Assembly (NCBI GenBank): GCA_051294375.1
Contig: CM119271.1
Coordinates: 11,508,227 to 11,572,226 of the forward strand
DNA: 64,000 bases
Direction of reading: 5' to 3'
Source of the DNA: Paraspadella gotoi
Lineage: Eukaryota > Animalia > Chaetognatha
Every line of letters starts with the position of its first letter. Position 1 is the stretch's first letter. The notes beneath the pieces are model-generated. The model did not search any database. It was not told where the DNA came from and was given only the letters and a program-made list of their open reading frames with translations. Of this stretch, positions 13,254-27,800 are shown piece by piece. The translations under genes and the position numbers were made by a program.

Positions 13254-16200
13254 CTGCTGCTCTGCTGCTCCGTCTCGTGCTCTCTTCTCTCTCTCTCTCT
13301 CCTCAAGGCCATCAGTATTCTGCGCAGGCTCACTCTCGCATCGGCCCTCCGACAAAACCCAGTGATGCTCACTTTAGCTTTTCATATCGAGTCTTGGCGC
13401 TGCATCTTCTGTCTCTCTTACGCTCTTCTCTCCCTTCAGCTGTCTCTCTCTCGCTCTTTCTTCTGTCTCTCTGCGCTCGCTCTGTTCTGTCTCTGTCTCT
13501 GTCTCCGTTGCTGCTGCAACCTTTTCTCGCAAATCGCGTGACTGGAATTCTTTAGATTTGAGGTCACGTGGAATCTTCTCTTTCTATCTTTTCTTTTCTT
13601 ATTGCTTTCTTTCTTTCTTTCTTTTTGTTCTTTCACCCTTTTCTATTTTTAGTCTTTTTCTTGCTTCTTTTTGTCTTGTTTGTTTCTCTATTCTCACTCT
13701 TTTCTGTCCTTTCTTTATTCTTTCTCTCTTTCTTTTTTTCTTGCAGTGAAACTGAATCTTGAGTACGTGCTCGCGAACGCTTTCACAAAATGGTTTCACT
13801 CTATCCGAAAAGCCATTTCACGCACTTCTTTCTCGCCATTTGCCATCCCGCCCTCTTCATTCTCGCCTTTGACATGACTTCTTTCCCTTGACCTCCTGCC
13901 TCCTCCTATTTTTCCTGAGAAAGAAGTGCGTGAAATGGCTTTTCGGATAGAGTGAAACCTTATTTGTGAAAGCTTCGGACACGTAGGTTCTCAAAACTTC
14001 AGTTCACAACTGCAAGAAAAAAAAGCAAGAGAGAAAGAAAATAGAAAGACAGAAAAGAGTGAGAATTAGAGAAACAAAACAAGACAAAAAGAAGAAGAAG
14101 ACAAAATAGAAAAGGGTAAAGAAAGAAAAGAAGAAGAAAGAAAGCAATAAGAAAGAAAAGAAGAAGAAGTTCCAGGACCTCGAAATCTAAAGAATTCCAG
14201 TCACGCCGATTTTTGCGAGGAAAAGAGGTTTGCCAGTCAGACGAGACAGAGACAGAGACAGAACAGAGCGAGCCAGAGAGCCAGAGAAAGAGCGAGAGAG
14301 AGGACAGCGAAGAGAGGGCGTAAGAGAGGACAGAGATGCGCGCAGCTCGATATGGAAAAGCTAAAGTTGACATCACTCTGGGTTTTTTGCTCGGAGAGGC
14401 CGATGGAGAACAATCGAATCCGGCTGGGAGCACTCGCAGAAATACTGATGGCCTTGAGAGGAGAGAGAGAGAAGAGAGCACGAGAGGAGCAGAGAGAGCA
14501 GATAGAGAAGAAGAGAGATGAGAGAGAGAGAGAGAATTGCAAAGATAAAATATCCCTCATCCTCGTCTCCTGCTCCTTCCTCCTCTCCTCCTCATCCCAC
14601 TCAGCAAGTCGAAACTATCCTAGGATTGCCAACCAGACTCGGCCAATGCCACAACCTTGCTCCAGTGGGGCTGGTCCACTCCAGTTCCCTACACTTAGCC
14701 GCAATCTTGGCCAATATGGATCGACGCATCGGAAAAAATAGAAGACCATCAATGTACATAAAAAGTTCCAGGTGTAGAAAATTATAATTAATTGATTAAA
14801 TATTAAGTAATATTATTAAATAAATATTAATAATAATTATGAGACAAAGAAGTTTAGGTCAGAATTATATTATTTCTATTTGCGTTAAAACAACCCGGAA
14901 AAGTTGGATGAAGTGGAATAGATAATTTAAGAAGAATAGAATATTAGTAAAAACAGGTAAAATAGAAACACAAATATAGAGAATCGTTTTATATATTTTC
15001 TTTATACTAAACTTTCTTTAAAAAATTGGGTGTCGAATCTTCTCCCGACAGGAACGATTTCTAAAATAAATGATTTTTCGTCAAAATTATTTACATTAAA
15101 CTGCGCGTTACTATACTAGACCTTTCCATATATCAAAAAGTTTTGAAATCAAAAATCGACGTAATTGTGGTAAAAGAGTGCCATAGGCCGCGAAACAGGT
15201 TGAAAACTAGAAGTTCTCTCAATAAATAATATAAAGACGATAGTTAAAGAATATGAAAATAAAAATTAATTTTAAAAATAATTATCTTATTAATAAGCGC
15301 ACGGAAGCATTTAAAGATTATTTTAGTTACTATATATAGTTAAAAAAATTTTCTGAATTTTCAATTTTTTTAAGGATTTGATAAAGCTTAAAAGTTAATA
15401 TAAGGTTACTTAAATACAAATTTAAAATTTTTTGTTTTATTGATTAAAAATTTCTAAAAAAAACTAGGAAAATTCAGCCATATGATAATGATGATGATGA
15501 TTTTTTAACGTTTTGTTCTGTTTTTTTAACCAATTTCTTGTCAAAATTTTAAAAAAATTGTAGTACTAACTTCATTTAACTTTCAACTCTATAGGCAATC
15601 CGTTCTTAAAAACTAACTTTTTTAAAAAAAATTTTTGTCATTGTTATATATATTTAAATATTTAAAAGCTTCAGTGCAAACAACCCAATAGCAACTAAAT
15701 TCAAAAAGTTGCATGAAAATCGATTTAGTTAATAGAAGGAAAAAAGGCATTTTTTTGAAGAATAAAAGTTATAACAAAGTCTGAGTAATTTGTAAAGCCG
15801 CTTAGTGCCCATTACATCATATGAATTTTTTGAACATTTTTTTTCAAAGAGGGCGACAAGAAATCCAAAACTATCTGTTTAGAGCGGAATAAGATGATAA
15901 TTGATAACAATTTTTAAAAATGATATTATTAACAATGTTCGTGAAATATTTAAAAAAAAAAATTACGACGATTGAATAAAGAGATAATTTCCTTGTTTTG
16001 CTGAAAGAAATTTTAAAAAAGGATTATCGGTGAAAAAGTATTATTAAAAATTAAAATAAAAATTTAAAAAAATCACTTTTCTTAATAATTATTTTTATTT
16101 AATAGGTTTGAACTAGATAAATAAAACGAAATGCAGAATAATAATCACTAATCATTAAGATATATTTTTTTTATTTAAGAAAAAAAATGATGGCAAACCT

Positions 16201-18718
16201 GCATGTGTAAAAAAGTATTTTAAAAATAAATAGGATAAGTTTTAATTTATTCCTTATAACTTTTTAAAGGTTAAAAAACACTTAACAACGTGACTGAGAT
16301 AAAAATAGCAGGAATCATTCGAGTAAAAATAATGAATATCAGGTTTTAGAAGAGGAAGGAGGAGGAGGAAGATGAGACGAAAGAGGAGGAGGAAGAGAGG
16401 AAGGAGGAGGAGGAAGAAGAGGGGAGAGAAGAGGAAGAAGTGTAGGAGGAGAAAGAGAAGGAAGAGAGGAAGGGGAGGAGTAAGAGGAGGAGAAGGAGGA
16501 AGAATATGAGGAGGAAGAGAGAAGGAAGAGGAGGAGAAAGAGGAGGAAGAGAGAGGAGGAGGAGAGAGGAAGAATGGAGGATGAGGAGGAAGAAGAAGAG
16601 AGGAAGGAAGAGGAGGAGGAGAGGCAGAAGGATCACGGAGGNNNNNNNNNNNNNNNNNNNNNNNNNTAGAAGTGTAGGAGGAGAAAGAGAAGGAAGAGAG
16701 GAAGGGGGAGGAGTAAGAGGAGGAGAAGGAGGAAGAATATGAGGAGGAAAGAGAAATGGAAAGAGGAGAGAAAGAGGAGGAAGAAGAGAGGAGGAGGAGG
16801 AGAGGAAGAAGGAATGAGGAGGAAGAAGAAGAGAGGAAGGAAGAGGAGGTGGGAAGAGGACGGAGGAGAAAAGGAGGAGGCAGGAGGTAAGGAAGAAGCA
16901 TCAAGGAGATGAAGGCGGCGGATGGCAAATGGCGGGATCCGCAAACCGAGGCGTGATGACAGTTCAGTAGAGGGACGGGATGGAAAGAGCGTCAGGCGGG
17001 ATGGCAAGGGCGGATACAAGGGTGCGGGATGACAAAGGGACGGATGCAGCGGATGGAATGGGTCCCAAAGAGGCGGAGCCATGTAGTACGGGCGATGGAA
17101 AAGGATGGCCAAGCTGATGGAAAGTGCGAATCAAAACGAAGGGCATCAGGCGGATGGCAAGCGAGCAAAGGCGTAGTGACCTAAGACTCCGACGGAGGAG
17201 AAAGCGTCCGTGCGTGGAATCATCGCGAGGAAACGGCGCCTGTTTAGATGAGAGATGATGAGTATGAGACGAGACGACGAGACGATGACGAAGTGAAGAG
17301 ATAACGACAACGATGACGACACGATACGAAAATACTCATCGTCACTCTCTCTCTCCGCTCTCTCTCTCCTCTCTCTCTCGCTGCTCTCATGCTCTCTCTC
17401 TTCTCCTTCTCCCTACTCTTTTTCTGTATCATTCTTTCTCCCACTCACCTGAGCCGAAAAATTCCCTTGATGCCAGCGAAATGAAAAAGATAGTTCGAGT
17501 CACTTTCTTCCTCTTTCTCTCCCTCTTCTTCCTCCTCCTCCTCCTTCCTCTCTTCCTCCTCCTCTTTTTCGTCATCTTCCTCCTCCTCCTCCTCTTCTAA
17601 AAACCTGATATTCATTATTTTTACTCGAATGATTCCTGCTATTTTTATCTCAGTCACGTTGTTAAGTGTTTTTTAACCTTTAAAAAGTTATAAGGAATAA
17701 ATTAAAACTTATCCTATTTATTTTTAAAATACTTTTTTACACATGCAGGTTTGCCATCATTTTTTTCTTAAATAAAAAAAATATATCTTAATGATTAGTG
17801 ATTATTATTCTGCATTTCGTTTTATTTAATCTAGTTCAAACCTATTAAATAAAAATAATTATTAAGAAAAGTGATTTTTTTAAATTTTTAATTTTTAATT
17901 TTTAATAATAACTTTTTCACCGATAATCCTTTTTTAAAAATTCTTTCAGCAAAACAAAGGAAATTATCTCTTTATTCAATTCGTCGTAATTTTTTTTTTT
18001 AAATATTTCACGAACATTGTTAAAAATATCATTTTTAAAAATTGTTATCAAATTATCAATTTTTTCCGCTCTAAAAGATAGTTTGGATTTCGTCCCTCTT
18101 TGAAAAAAAATGTTCAAAAAATTCATATGATGTATGGGCACCTTTTACACAATACTCGATTTTTGATTTCAAAACTTTTTATATATGGAAAGGTCTAGTA
18201 TATAATCCGCGCATTTAATGTAAAAATTTCAAAAATCATTTATTTAAAATTCTGTCGGGAGATTCGAATTTTTTAAAGAAAGTTTATAAAAGAAAATATA
18301 TAAAACATTTTTATATTTGATTTCATTTTATTTAACTTTATAATATTCTATTTTTCTTAAATTACTATTTCCACTTCATCCAACTTTCCGGTTTAACGCA
18401 AATAAAAAATAATAATTCTGACCTAAACTTTTTTGTCCATAATTATTATTAATATTATTAATAATATTATTAATATTAATATTAATTATAATTCTCACCT
18501 GAACTTTTTTATTCATGATGTCTTCTATTTTTTCGATGCGTCGATCCATATTGGCCAAGATTGGGCTAGTGTAGGGAACTGGAGTGGCCAGCCCCACTGG
18601 AGCAGGTTTGTGGATTGGCGAGTTGGTTGGCGAATCTATGGAGTAGTTTCGATTGCTGGAGTGGGATGAGGAGGAGGAGGAGGAGCAGGAGGAGGATGGG
18701 TGATATTTTAATCTTTGC

Positions 18719-18753
<35 letters not shown>

Positions 18754-18939
18754 GAAGGGAGAGAAGAGCGTAAGAGAGACAGAAGATGCAGCGCCAAGAC
18801 TCGATATGAAAAGCTAAAGTGAGCATCACTGGGTTTTGTCGGAGGGCCGATGCGAGAGTGAGCCTGCGCAGAATACTGATGGCCTTGAGGAGAGAGAGAG
18901 AGAGAAGAGAGCACGAGACGGAGCAGCAGAGCAGCAGAT

Positions 18940-18970
<31 letters not shown>

Positions 18971-21900
18971 AATGCAAAGATTAAAAAAATACCCATCCTC
19001 ACTCCTGCTCCTCCATCCTCCTCCTCAATCCCACTCCAGCAATCGAAACTACTCCATAGTTCGCCAAACCAACTCGCCAATCCACAAACCTGCTCCAGTG
19101 GGGTCTGGCCACTCCAAGTTCCCAACACTAGCCCAATCTTGGCCAATATGGATCGACGCATCGAAAAAATAGAAGACGATCAATGTAATAAAAAAGTTCA
19201 GGTGAGAATTATAATTAATATTAATATTAAGTAATATTATAATAAATTATTAATAATAATTATGAGTACAAAAAGTTTAGTGTCAGAATTATTATTTTGT
19301 CTATTTGCGTTAAACCGGAAAGTTGGATGAAGTGGAAATAGATAATTTAAGAAAAACTAGAATATTAATTAAAGTTAAATAAAATAGAAATCAAATTAAG
19401 AATCGTTTATATATATTTCTTTTATAAACTTTCTTTTAAAAATTCGAATCCTCCCGACAGAATTTTTAAATAAATGATTTCTTGAATTATTTTACATTAA
19501 ACTGCGCGATTATATACTAGACCTTTCCATATATAAAAAGTTTTGAAATCAAAAATCGAGTAATTGTGTAAAAGAGTGCCATAGGCCGCGAAACAGGTTG
19601 AAAACTAGAAGTTCTCTCAATAAATAATATAAAGACGATAGTTAAAGAATATGAAAATAAAAATTAATTTTAAAAATAATTATCTTATTAATAAGCGCAC
19701 GGAAGCATTTAAAGATTATTTTAGTTACTATATATAGTTAAAAAAATTTTCTGAATTTTCAATTTTTTTAAGGATTTGATAAAGCTTAAAAGTTAATATA
19801 AGGTTACTTAAATACAAATTTAAAATTTTTTGTTTTATTGATTAAAAATTTCTAAAAAAAACTAGGAAAATTCAGCCATATGATAATGATGATGATGATT
19901 TTTTAACGTTTTGTTCTGTTTTTTTAACCAATTTCTTGTCAAAATTTTAAAAAAATTGTAGTACTAACTTCATTTAACTTTCAACTCTATAGGCAATCCG
20001 TTCTTAAAAACTAACTTTTTTAAAAAAAATTTTTGTCATTGTTATATATATTTAAATATTTAAAAGCTTCAGTGCAAACAACCCAATAGCAACTAAATTC
20101 AAAAAGTTGCATGAAAATCGATTTAGTTAATAGAAGGAAAAAAGGCATTTTTTTGAAGAATAAAAGTTTTGAATAAAAATCGAGTATTTGTGGTAGGCCC
20201 ATACATCATATGAATTTTTTGAACATTTTTTTTCAAAGAGGACAAATCCAAACTATCTTTTAGAGCGGAAAAAATTGATAATTGATAACAATTTTTAAAA
20301 TGATATTTTAACAATGTTCGTGAAATATTTAAAAAAAAAATTACGACGATTGAATAAAGAGATAATTTCCTTTGTTTTGCTGAAAGAATTTTAAAAAAGG
20401 ATTATCGGTGAAAAAGTTATTATTAAAAATTAAAAATGTAAAAATTAAAAAAATCACTTTTCTTAATAATTATTTTTATTTAATAGGTTTGAACTAGATT
20501 AAATAAAACGAAATGCAGAATAATAATCACTAATCATTAAGATATATTTTTTTATTAAGAAAAAAATAATGGCAAACCTGCATGTGTAAAAAAGTATTTT
20601 AAAAATTAAATAGGATAAGTTTTAATTTATTCCTTATAACTTTTTAAAGGTTAAAAAACACTTAACAACGTGACTGAGATAAAAATAGCAGGAATCATCT
20701 CGAGTAAAAATAATGAATATCAGGTTTTAGAAGAGGAGAGGAGGGAGGGAAGATGAGCGAAAGAGGAGGAGGAAGAGAGGAAGGAGGAGGAGGAAGAAGA
20801 GGGGAGAGAAGAGGAAGAAGTGTAGGAGGAGAAAGAGAAGGAAGAGAGGAAGGGGGAGGAGTAAGAGGAGGAGAAGGAGGAAGAATATGAGGAGGAAGAG
20901 AGAATGGAAGAGGAGAAAAGAGGGGAAGAAGAGAGGAGGAGGAGAGAGGAAGAGGAGGATTGAGGAGGAAGAAGAAGAGAGGAAGGAAGAGGAGGAGGAA
21001 GAGGAGAAGGAGGAGGAGGAGGAGAAAAATAGGAGGAGGCAGGAGGTCAAGGGAAAGAAGTCATTCAAAGGCGAGAATGAAGAGGGCGGATGGCAAATGG
21101 CGGTCCGCAAACAGGGGCGTGATGACAGTGATCAGTAGAGGGACGGGATGGAAAGAGCGGGATGCAGCGGATGGCAGGGGAGTAACGGGTCGGGATGACA
21201 AAGGGGGGACGGGGAGGCAAAGGCGCGCAGAGTGATGCCATGCAGAGACGGCGACTGGAAAAGAGCGATGGCAAGGGATGGAAGGCGCGAGTGGACAAAA
21301 GGTGAAACGGCGGCAAGGCGATGGCAATCGAGCAAAGGCGTAGTTGACCCTAAGACCTCCGACGGAGGAGGAAAGCGTCCGTGCGTGGAATCATCGCGGA
21401 GGAACGGCGCACGTTAGATGAGAGATGATTGACGACGATGAGATGACGAAGAAGAAACGAGCGAAGACGATGACGAATGAAGACGACTATGACGACGACG
21501 ATGACAATGAAGACGACGATGATGACGAAAAAGACGACGATGACGAAGAGACGACGACGATGACGACGACGATGACGAGAAGACGATGACGAAGAAGACG
21601 GAAAAAAAATAATGAGAAAAAATCGCACTTTCAAGAAAAGGTTTCGATAGTCTTTTTAAATAATAACTTAATAAATATTAAAATGTTAATTTTTGGTTTA
21701 AGTCGTGAGGGTCCCTAAAATAGGCGACCATTTCGCTTCATTTAATATGTAGGTTATTATGTAAAGATCTAATTTTATAAGTAAAAAAGAAATGGTTTGC
21801 TTCCCCTATTATTTTTAAGTATTGTTATTTATATAATTGTTTTTTTATTACAAATGTAAAGATAAGTTCTCTATTAGAGTTCCCAATTTTTATCTCAAAC

Positions 21901-24849
21901 TATTCTCTTAATTTCCCAACAGGACGAAGAGCAAAGATGGAACGACAGCGAGAAGAAGAAATCTGAGACAAGAATGGAGACTCATGCCTCAACTCATTGA
22001 CCGATTCTGTTTCATGGTTATTTATGCGTCCTGAGCTTAAGTCGCTCATTCTACTTATAGACTGACAAGTGATTGATAATGATAGACAGACAGGTGGATG
22101 ACTGACTGATCGACCGATTTACCGTCAATGAATGAGCAAACAAAAGACGTTATCGATTACGGCGCCACTTTTCAACTTAGCGGCTGAGCAAAGAAAATCA
22201 TCCAGAAGATTTACTCCCTTGTGTAGAAATAAAAAGCTAATTGAACTTGAAAATGACTTAAAAAAAATATATGTATTTCCGACTTTTCGATGTCTGATTC
22301 TAATCTTACCTTTGATATTTGACCTGCGACCTCTTACATTTTGTATCACTGAATCATATTACTTAACATGCGACCCTCTAAACTCTTGGACCTTTCAATT
22401 TACAACTGGTTGACATTTTTGTGAACGTCTGACTTGTGACCTCTGACCTACGATAAATTTTTACTTCTAAGCCTTAGACTTAGAGCTTTGACCTTTGTAA
22501 AACGCACCGACTTTTTTGGACCTGCAAACCTCCGACGCTTTGACCTCCGACCTAGAGATTAAAAGTGTGTTTGTTTTCTTGACGCATGCGATGATTATTA
22601 TTTATGTTAATAAACGAAAACAAAATGAAAGAACACAAGGCTACATTGATTGTTATTGATTAGCAAACGTAATTGATTGATTGAAAAGGGTATAGTGATT
22701 TGATTGATTGAAACAAGAAGGTATGTGATTGATTGATTTGAAACAAAAGGTAATGTCTGTTGGTGTTAAAAGTCTGCACTTTAAGTAAGTAACGATCGTG
22801 ACTTTTAGGCTTACCCACAAAAGATTACAAAATAATAATGTCTTTTTTGCTGAATTATTTTATTTTGTTTATGATTCGAGTTTTTTTACGCTCACTAATT
22901 GAGTTGTCTGCCGGCAAGTCACGATAATAATTTTTTTACCTCACGTTCATTTTTTAGATATTGGCAAAAATGAACTTTTAATCGCTGAGAATGAAATATT
23001 TTTCAATTTTTTTTGCTTTGATTCATTGTTCCTCCATTTGTTAAAATTGTCACGCCCATCTCATTTCAAATTTGTTTCATGAAATATTGCTCCCCCTCCA
23101 AAGTCTCGTTATGCTTTGCTATCAAGGACAGCATGAATATTCTGTTTATTTGAATAAGTAAAGAAGTAAATCAAGATTTTATATTTTAGTTTTTTTCGCC
23201 TTTGCTAGCGTTCATTTTAAAAGGTTGTTTTTATTGTAGAAGTATTGTTTATCGTGTTATATTGGAGTGATTGAAATATTAAAAGAAAGGATTCAAAGGA
23301 ATAATAAATTTTGATGTTATTTAATGTGAAGATTTTGGGTAGAAAGTGATTGAAGTATTATTTATTAAGCTGTGTATTTAAGGTGCTAAGTGTGGGTAAC
23401 GGAAAATAATTGCATCTCTACTGGCCACTAATTGACTTCAATAGATCGCCTCTGTGTTTTTAGANNNNNNNNNNNNNNNNNNNNNNNNNCTTGACGGATA
23501 AACAAGATTAAACAAGAATAAAAAAGATATATTCCTTAACAAAAAAAAAAAGATTAAACAAGATTAAATCAAAAAAATAAAAATCTAATGTCTTTGATTT
23601 TTTTTGTCCAAGAAGAAAAAGATTTCATCTACTCAAAATTTAATCCCAATTTTATTTTGATTTTTCTTGTTTATCTCATCTTTTAGTCCTTTTTCTCTTT
23701 CCTTCCTCCTCTCTCCTCCTCCTTCTCTTCCATCCTTTCCTCTCCTCCTTCTCCTTCTTCCTCGCCCCTTCCCTCTCCCTCCTCTTCTTCCTCCTCCCTT
23801 TTCTTTCTTCCTCCTTCTCTTCCTCCTCCTCTCCTCCTCTATTACTTCTCTTCCCTCCCTCCCTTCTTCCTCCTCCTCCTCCTTCTTTCCTTTTTCCTTC
23901 CGTCTTTCTCCTTCTCTTCTTCCTCCCCTTCTCTCCTCTCTCTCCTCCCCTTCCCTTCCTCATCTCTTTCTTCCTCCTTCTCTTCCTCCTTCTCTTCTTT
24001 CCTCCATCTTCCTCTTTTTCCGCTGCTGACTCTTTCCTCCCTCTCTCTGATTTCTCCTTTCTCTTCCTCCTCCTCTTCCTCCTTCTCTTCTTCCTGCCCC
24101 TTCTCTCGCCCTCCTCTTTTCTCCTCTTCTCGTGCGGCCTCCTTCTCTTCCTCCTTCCATCTCTCTCCTCCTCCTCCCCTTTCCATCAACCCTTCTGCCT
24201 CTTTTCTCAACTACTAAGGTTTGTCTCAACAGATTACGATGCAGTTAAAAAAGGTAAAAAGACCCGAAAAACTCAACGGATGCCTTATCTCCCCTTATCT
24301 GGAGAAGATGACGACGACGACAACGGACGATGTTTGATGACGACGACGACGACGCGACGCTATTGACATCTGACCAAGTTGGTCCGTCTTTTCCTCAATT
24401 TCCATCTCTCTTCTCTGTCTCCTCTCTCTTTCTCTCCTCCCTCCCTTCAAAATGTCCTTTTCAATAAAAACTCACAAATCCAGGGAAAAAAAAAGGAAGA
24501 AAAACAAAAGAAGAAAAAAGAAAGGAAAAATTCAATTTGGTTTTTTTTTTTCTTTTTTTCTTTGGTTTTCCTTTTCTTTTTCTTTTCTTTTCTCTTTTTC
24601 TCTTCTTTCTTTTCTTTTCCATTTATTTTTTTTCTTTTGCTTCTTTTTGTTTCTTCTTTTCTTTTTCTTACTTTTTTCTTTTTTTTCCCTTTTTTTTCGG
24701 TCTTTTTTAATTCTTCTATTTTTATTTTTAAAATGGAAAATGATAGATTTTGAATTCAATTGAATTCTTTAATTCTTCCACGGTCTTTCTCGTCGACTTT
24801 GGACTCTCACTCACTCTCTCTCTTCTCTCTCACATCTCTCCTCTGCTCA

Positions 24850-24883
<34 letters not shown>

Positions 24884-27800
24884 TCTCTCTCTTCTCTTCT
24901 CTTCTCTTTACACTATATCTCTCTTTCTCATCCTCCTATCATCCTCTTCCTCCTTTCTCCTCCTCCTCTTCTTCCTCCCTTTTTAACCCTCCCTCCTTCT
25001 TCCCTTTCCTTCCCATAGATTTTAAAACTCAACTCCCAAAAACAATTTCGCTTCTCTCTTTTTCTAAACCAACATTTATTTCTCCAACAACTTAAACTTT
25101 CCCAAATTATAATATTAATTTTTCCTAACCCTTCTGGTTTATAAAAGTAAACTTTTGGGTCTGTCTGTCTCGTTGCTCTCCGTTGAATCTGTGTCTGTCT
25201 GTCTGTCTCTTCCGCTTATCTGTTGTCTGTCTGTGTGTTCTATCTGTCTCTCCGTTGATCTGTTGTTTTGTCTGTCTGTCTGTCTCTACGTTTATCTGTC
25301 CCTTTTGTGTTTAAATCCCATAAATTTTGTTAATATTAATAATTTTTTAGATAGATGCATCTATACAACACATAGGTTAAAATACTTCTGCCTCCAGTTT
25401 TCTAATAGACATCGTACATTCATTTCTGTTTAAAAAGTTCATTAATTCAGAACAATACAGAAAGGCTTGGCTATAGCTACATTATTAATTATTGCATCAA
25501 CTTCAAGTTGCCATAAATAAACAAAAGAATTAATATTGTGCACATCTTAATGTTAAAGGACCATTTTGCCCACTATTTCCTCTTTCCCTTCCCTCTACTA
25601 GCCCACCCCCGCCAGGCAAAGCTTCCCTTGCGACCACAATTTTCTCGCCTCTTGTGGTCCCCAACTCCTTCGTGGTCGTGCACTACACTCCGCCATTCCG
25701 CCTCTTCTGTGTAGCCTATCATCGCGAATCTACTATGCAAATGAATTCTTGTCTCTCAGCTTTGCAGTCATGTCATCAATTTGGGTCTTTGCACACAGAT
25801 ATCAAGGTAAGGCTGTTTGGGGCCGCTTTGGTTAAGGTCGGGGCGGCGGCGGGGAGGAGTGGGAGTTTAGCGTTGATAGGACTCTTCAAAAGGTAAGGGA
25901 GGATTGAGAAAGTTAAGGAATGATAACTTAAAAGATAAGAAAAGACAGAAAGAACACGAAGACAAGAAACGATAGAAAGACAAAGAAAGACAAGAAAGAC
26001 AAGAAAAGATAAGAAAGATGAGAAGATAAAGAATAATATAACTCAAAGGAATCGACAATTCGTTGTCGATTATGTCGCTTATATTAATTATATCACATAG
26101 TTATTCTACTTCATCCTGATTTTACATTTTACATTTTACATTCTTATCATTTTCGCTATCACTTTATCCATCGCCGATCACATTATCACTTTCCATATCA
26201 CTTAATTCCTTTCCTCATCCATTCTGCTCTTTGTCGAATTTGGATTAAGACTAAAATTAATTAAAAAATTCCTCTTCTTAAGGCTTTGAGACAAAAGTGG
26301 AGCGGAGAGAGAAGAGAGAGAGATACAAAGAGAGAGATGAGAGAGGGAGAGACGAGGGAGATAGAGATTACAAAGAGAGAGACTGAGAGAGGGAGAGAGA
26401 GGAGATAGAGAGATGGATCTATGAATAAAAACTTTGCAGTGAATCTTCGTACGAATCCGATTTCCATAAAACGACCCTCTTCTGCATTTATCTCTACTTC
26501 TTCTTTAATTTCCTCTCTAATTCTCTTATCTATCTCTAACTCTTCTTTATCTCTCTACTTCTCTTTATCTCTACTTCTCTTTATCTCTACTTCTCTATAT
26601 TCCTCTCTAATTATCCTCTTATCTATCCTCTACTTCTCTTTATCTCTACTCCTTATCTTACTTCTCTTTATCTCTTACTTGTCTTTATATTTACTTCTCT
26701 TTATCTCTACTTGTCTTTAATATTCCTCTCTAATTCTCTTATCTATCTCTACTCTTCTGTATCTCTACTTCTCTTTATCTCACCTCTCTTATCTCTACTT
26801 ATCTTCTATCTCTATCTCTCTTTTATCGTCTACCTTTTTTTATCTCTACTTCTCTTCTATCCTCTACTTTTCTTTATCTTTATTCTGTAGTCGGGCATTG
26901 CCTGGGGTTCACCCCGGCCTAAGAATCAGGACCACTTTCAGTTGTGACACGGTGGCTCATTGAGTAAGCCATCAGCTCATGACCACATAGGTACCGGGTT
27001 CAATCACCAACCCGCGTCGACCTACACCTGCGAGGAAGCGTGAGAGGCTGTGAAGCGCGCCTTGAGGGCATGGCAACCCTCAATCCTTTCCAGCCCAGGG
27101 ACCCGTTCCGATGGCTGCTTAGAGGGGGTTATAGAAGTTACGGACAGTCATCTTCAGCCCACGTAGCGCCTTATCCACACTGGTGAGCCATCCTGTCGAG
27201 CGTATTCCAACCTCTGATTCCCAGCCCTTGGTCTAGCCTGAAGATTGCTCCCCTCCCTCCACTGAAAGCAGTGCAGGGTGGGTTTCAATCTGCGGGGGCT
27301 TGTAGTCGCGGCATTGCCTGGTTCCACCCCGCCTAGAATCATGCACTTTCAGTTGTGACCCGTGGCTCTATTGTAAGGTAAAGCCATTCAGCTCATGAAC
27401 CACTAGGTACCGGGTTCAATCCCAACCGTAACCTACCCTGCGGGAAGCGTAAGGACGGCCGGTTAAGCCGCCTGAGGGCATGGCAAACCCCTCAAGCCTG
27501 GTTCCAAGCCCAGGACCCGTTCCATTGCTGCTAGAGGGGTTATAGAAGTTACGTGACAGTACCTTCAGCCCACGTAGCGCCTTATCTCTACTTCTCTCTT
27601 TATCTCTACTTCTCTTTGTCTCTACCTTCCGGTCCTTATTTATCTCTTTCTTATTATTTTTCCCTTTTTTTCATTTTTATAATTTTTTAATTTAATTTCT
27701 TTTTATGATTTATTCGCATTCTCCCATCTTCAATTTTGGTTCTCCCATTCTCCATTCTAATTTTTTCATTCTTACATATGTCACACCTTTTAATTTCTCA

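Larger units (their letters stand above)
8660..23464. repeat. Zig-zag inverted duplication block 1 (fwd ~8660-13910, rev ~13918-17210, fwd ~17510-18750, rev ~18753-23464)
   Basis: Exon i occurs 4 times (12984-13150 -, 14605-14771 +, 18499-18655 -, 19040-19201 +) and exon j twice (9991-10137 -, 21923-22065 +). Copies differ mostly by single-base indels. Confidence 0.9.

Noticed and set aside
26946-27018. Functional tRNA-Met(CAT)
   Set aside because: The anticodon stem does not pair and the sequence is embedded in a repeated LTR. Treated as tRNA-derived.
27154-27342. 62-aa ORF duplicated at 34906..35094
   Set aside because: It is an antisense reading of the non-coding TRIM interior and LTR edges; no recognisable domain.
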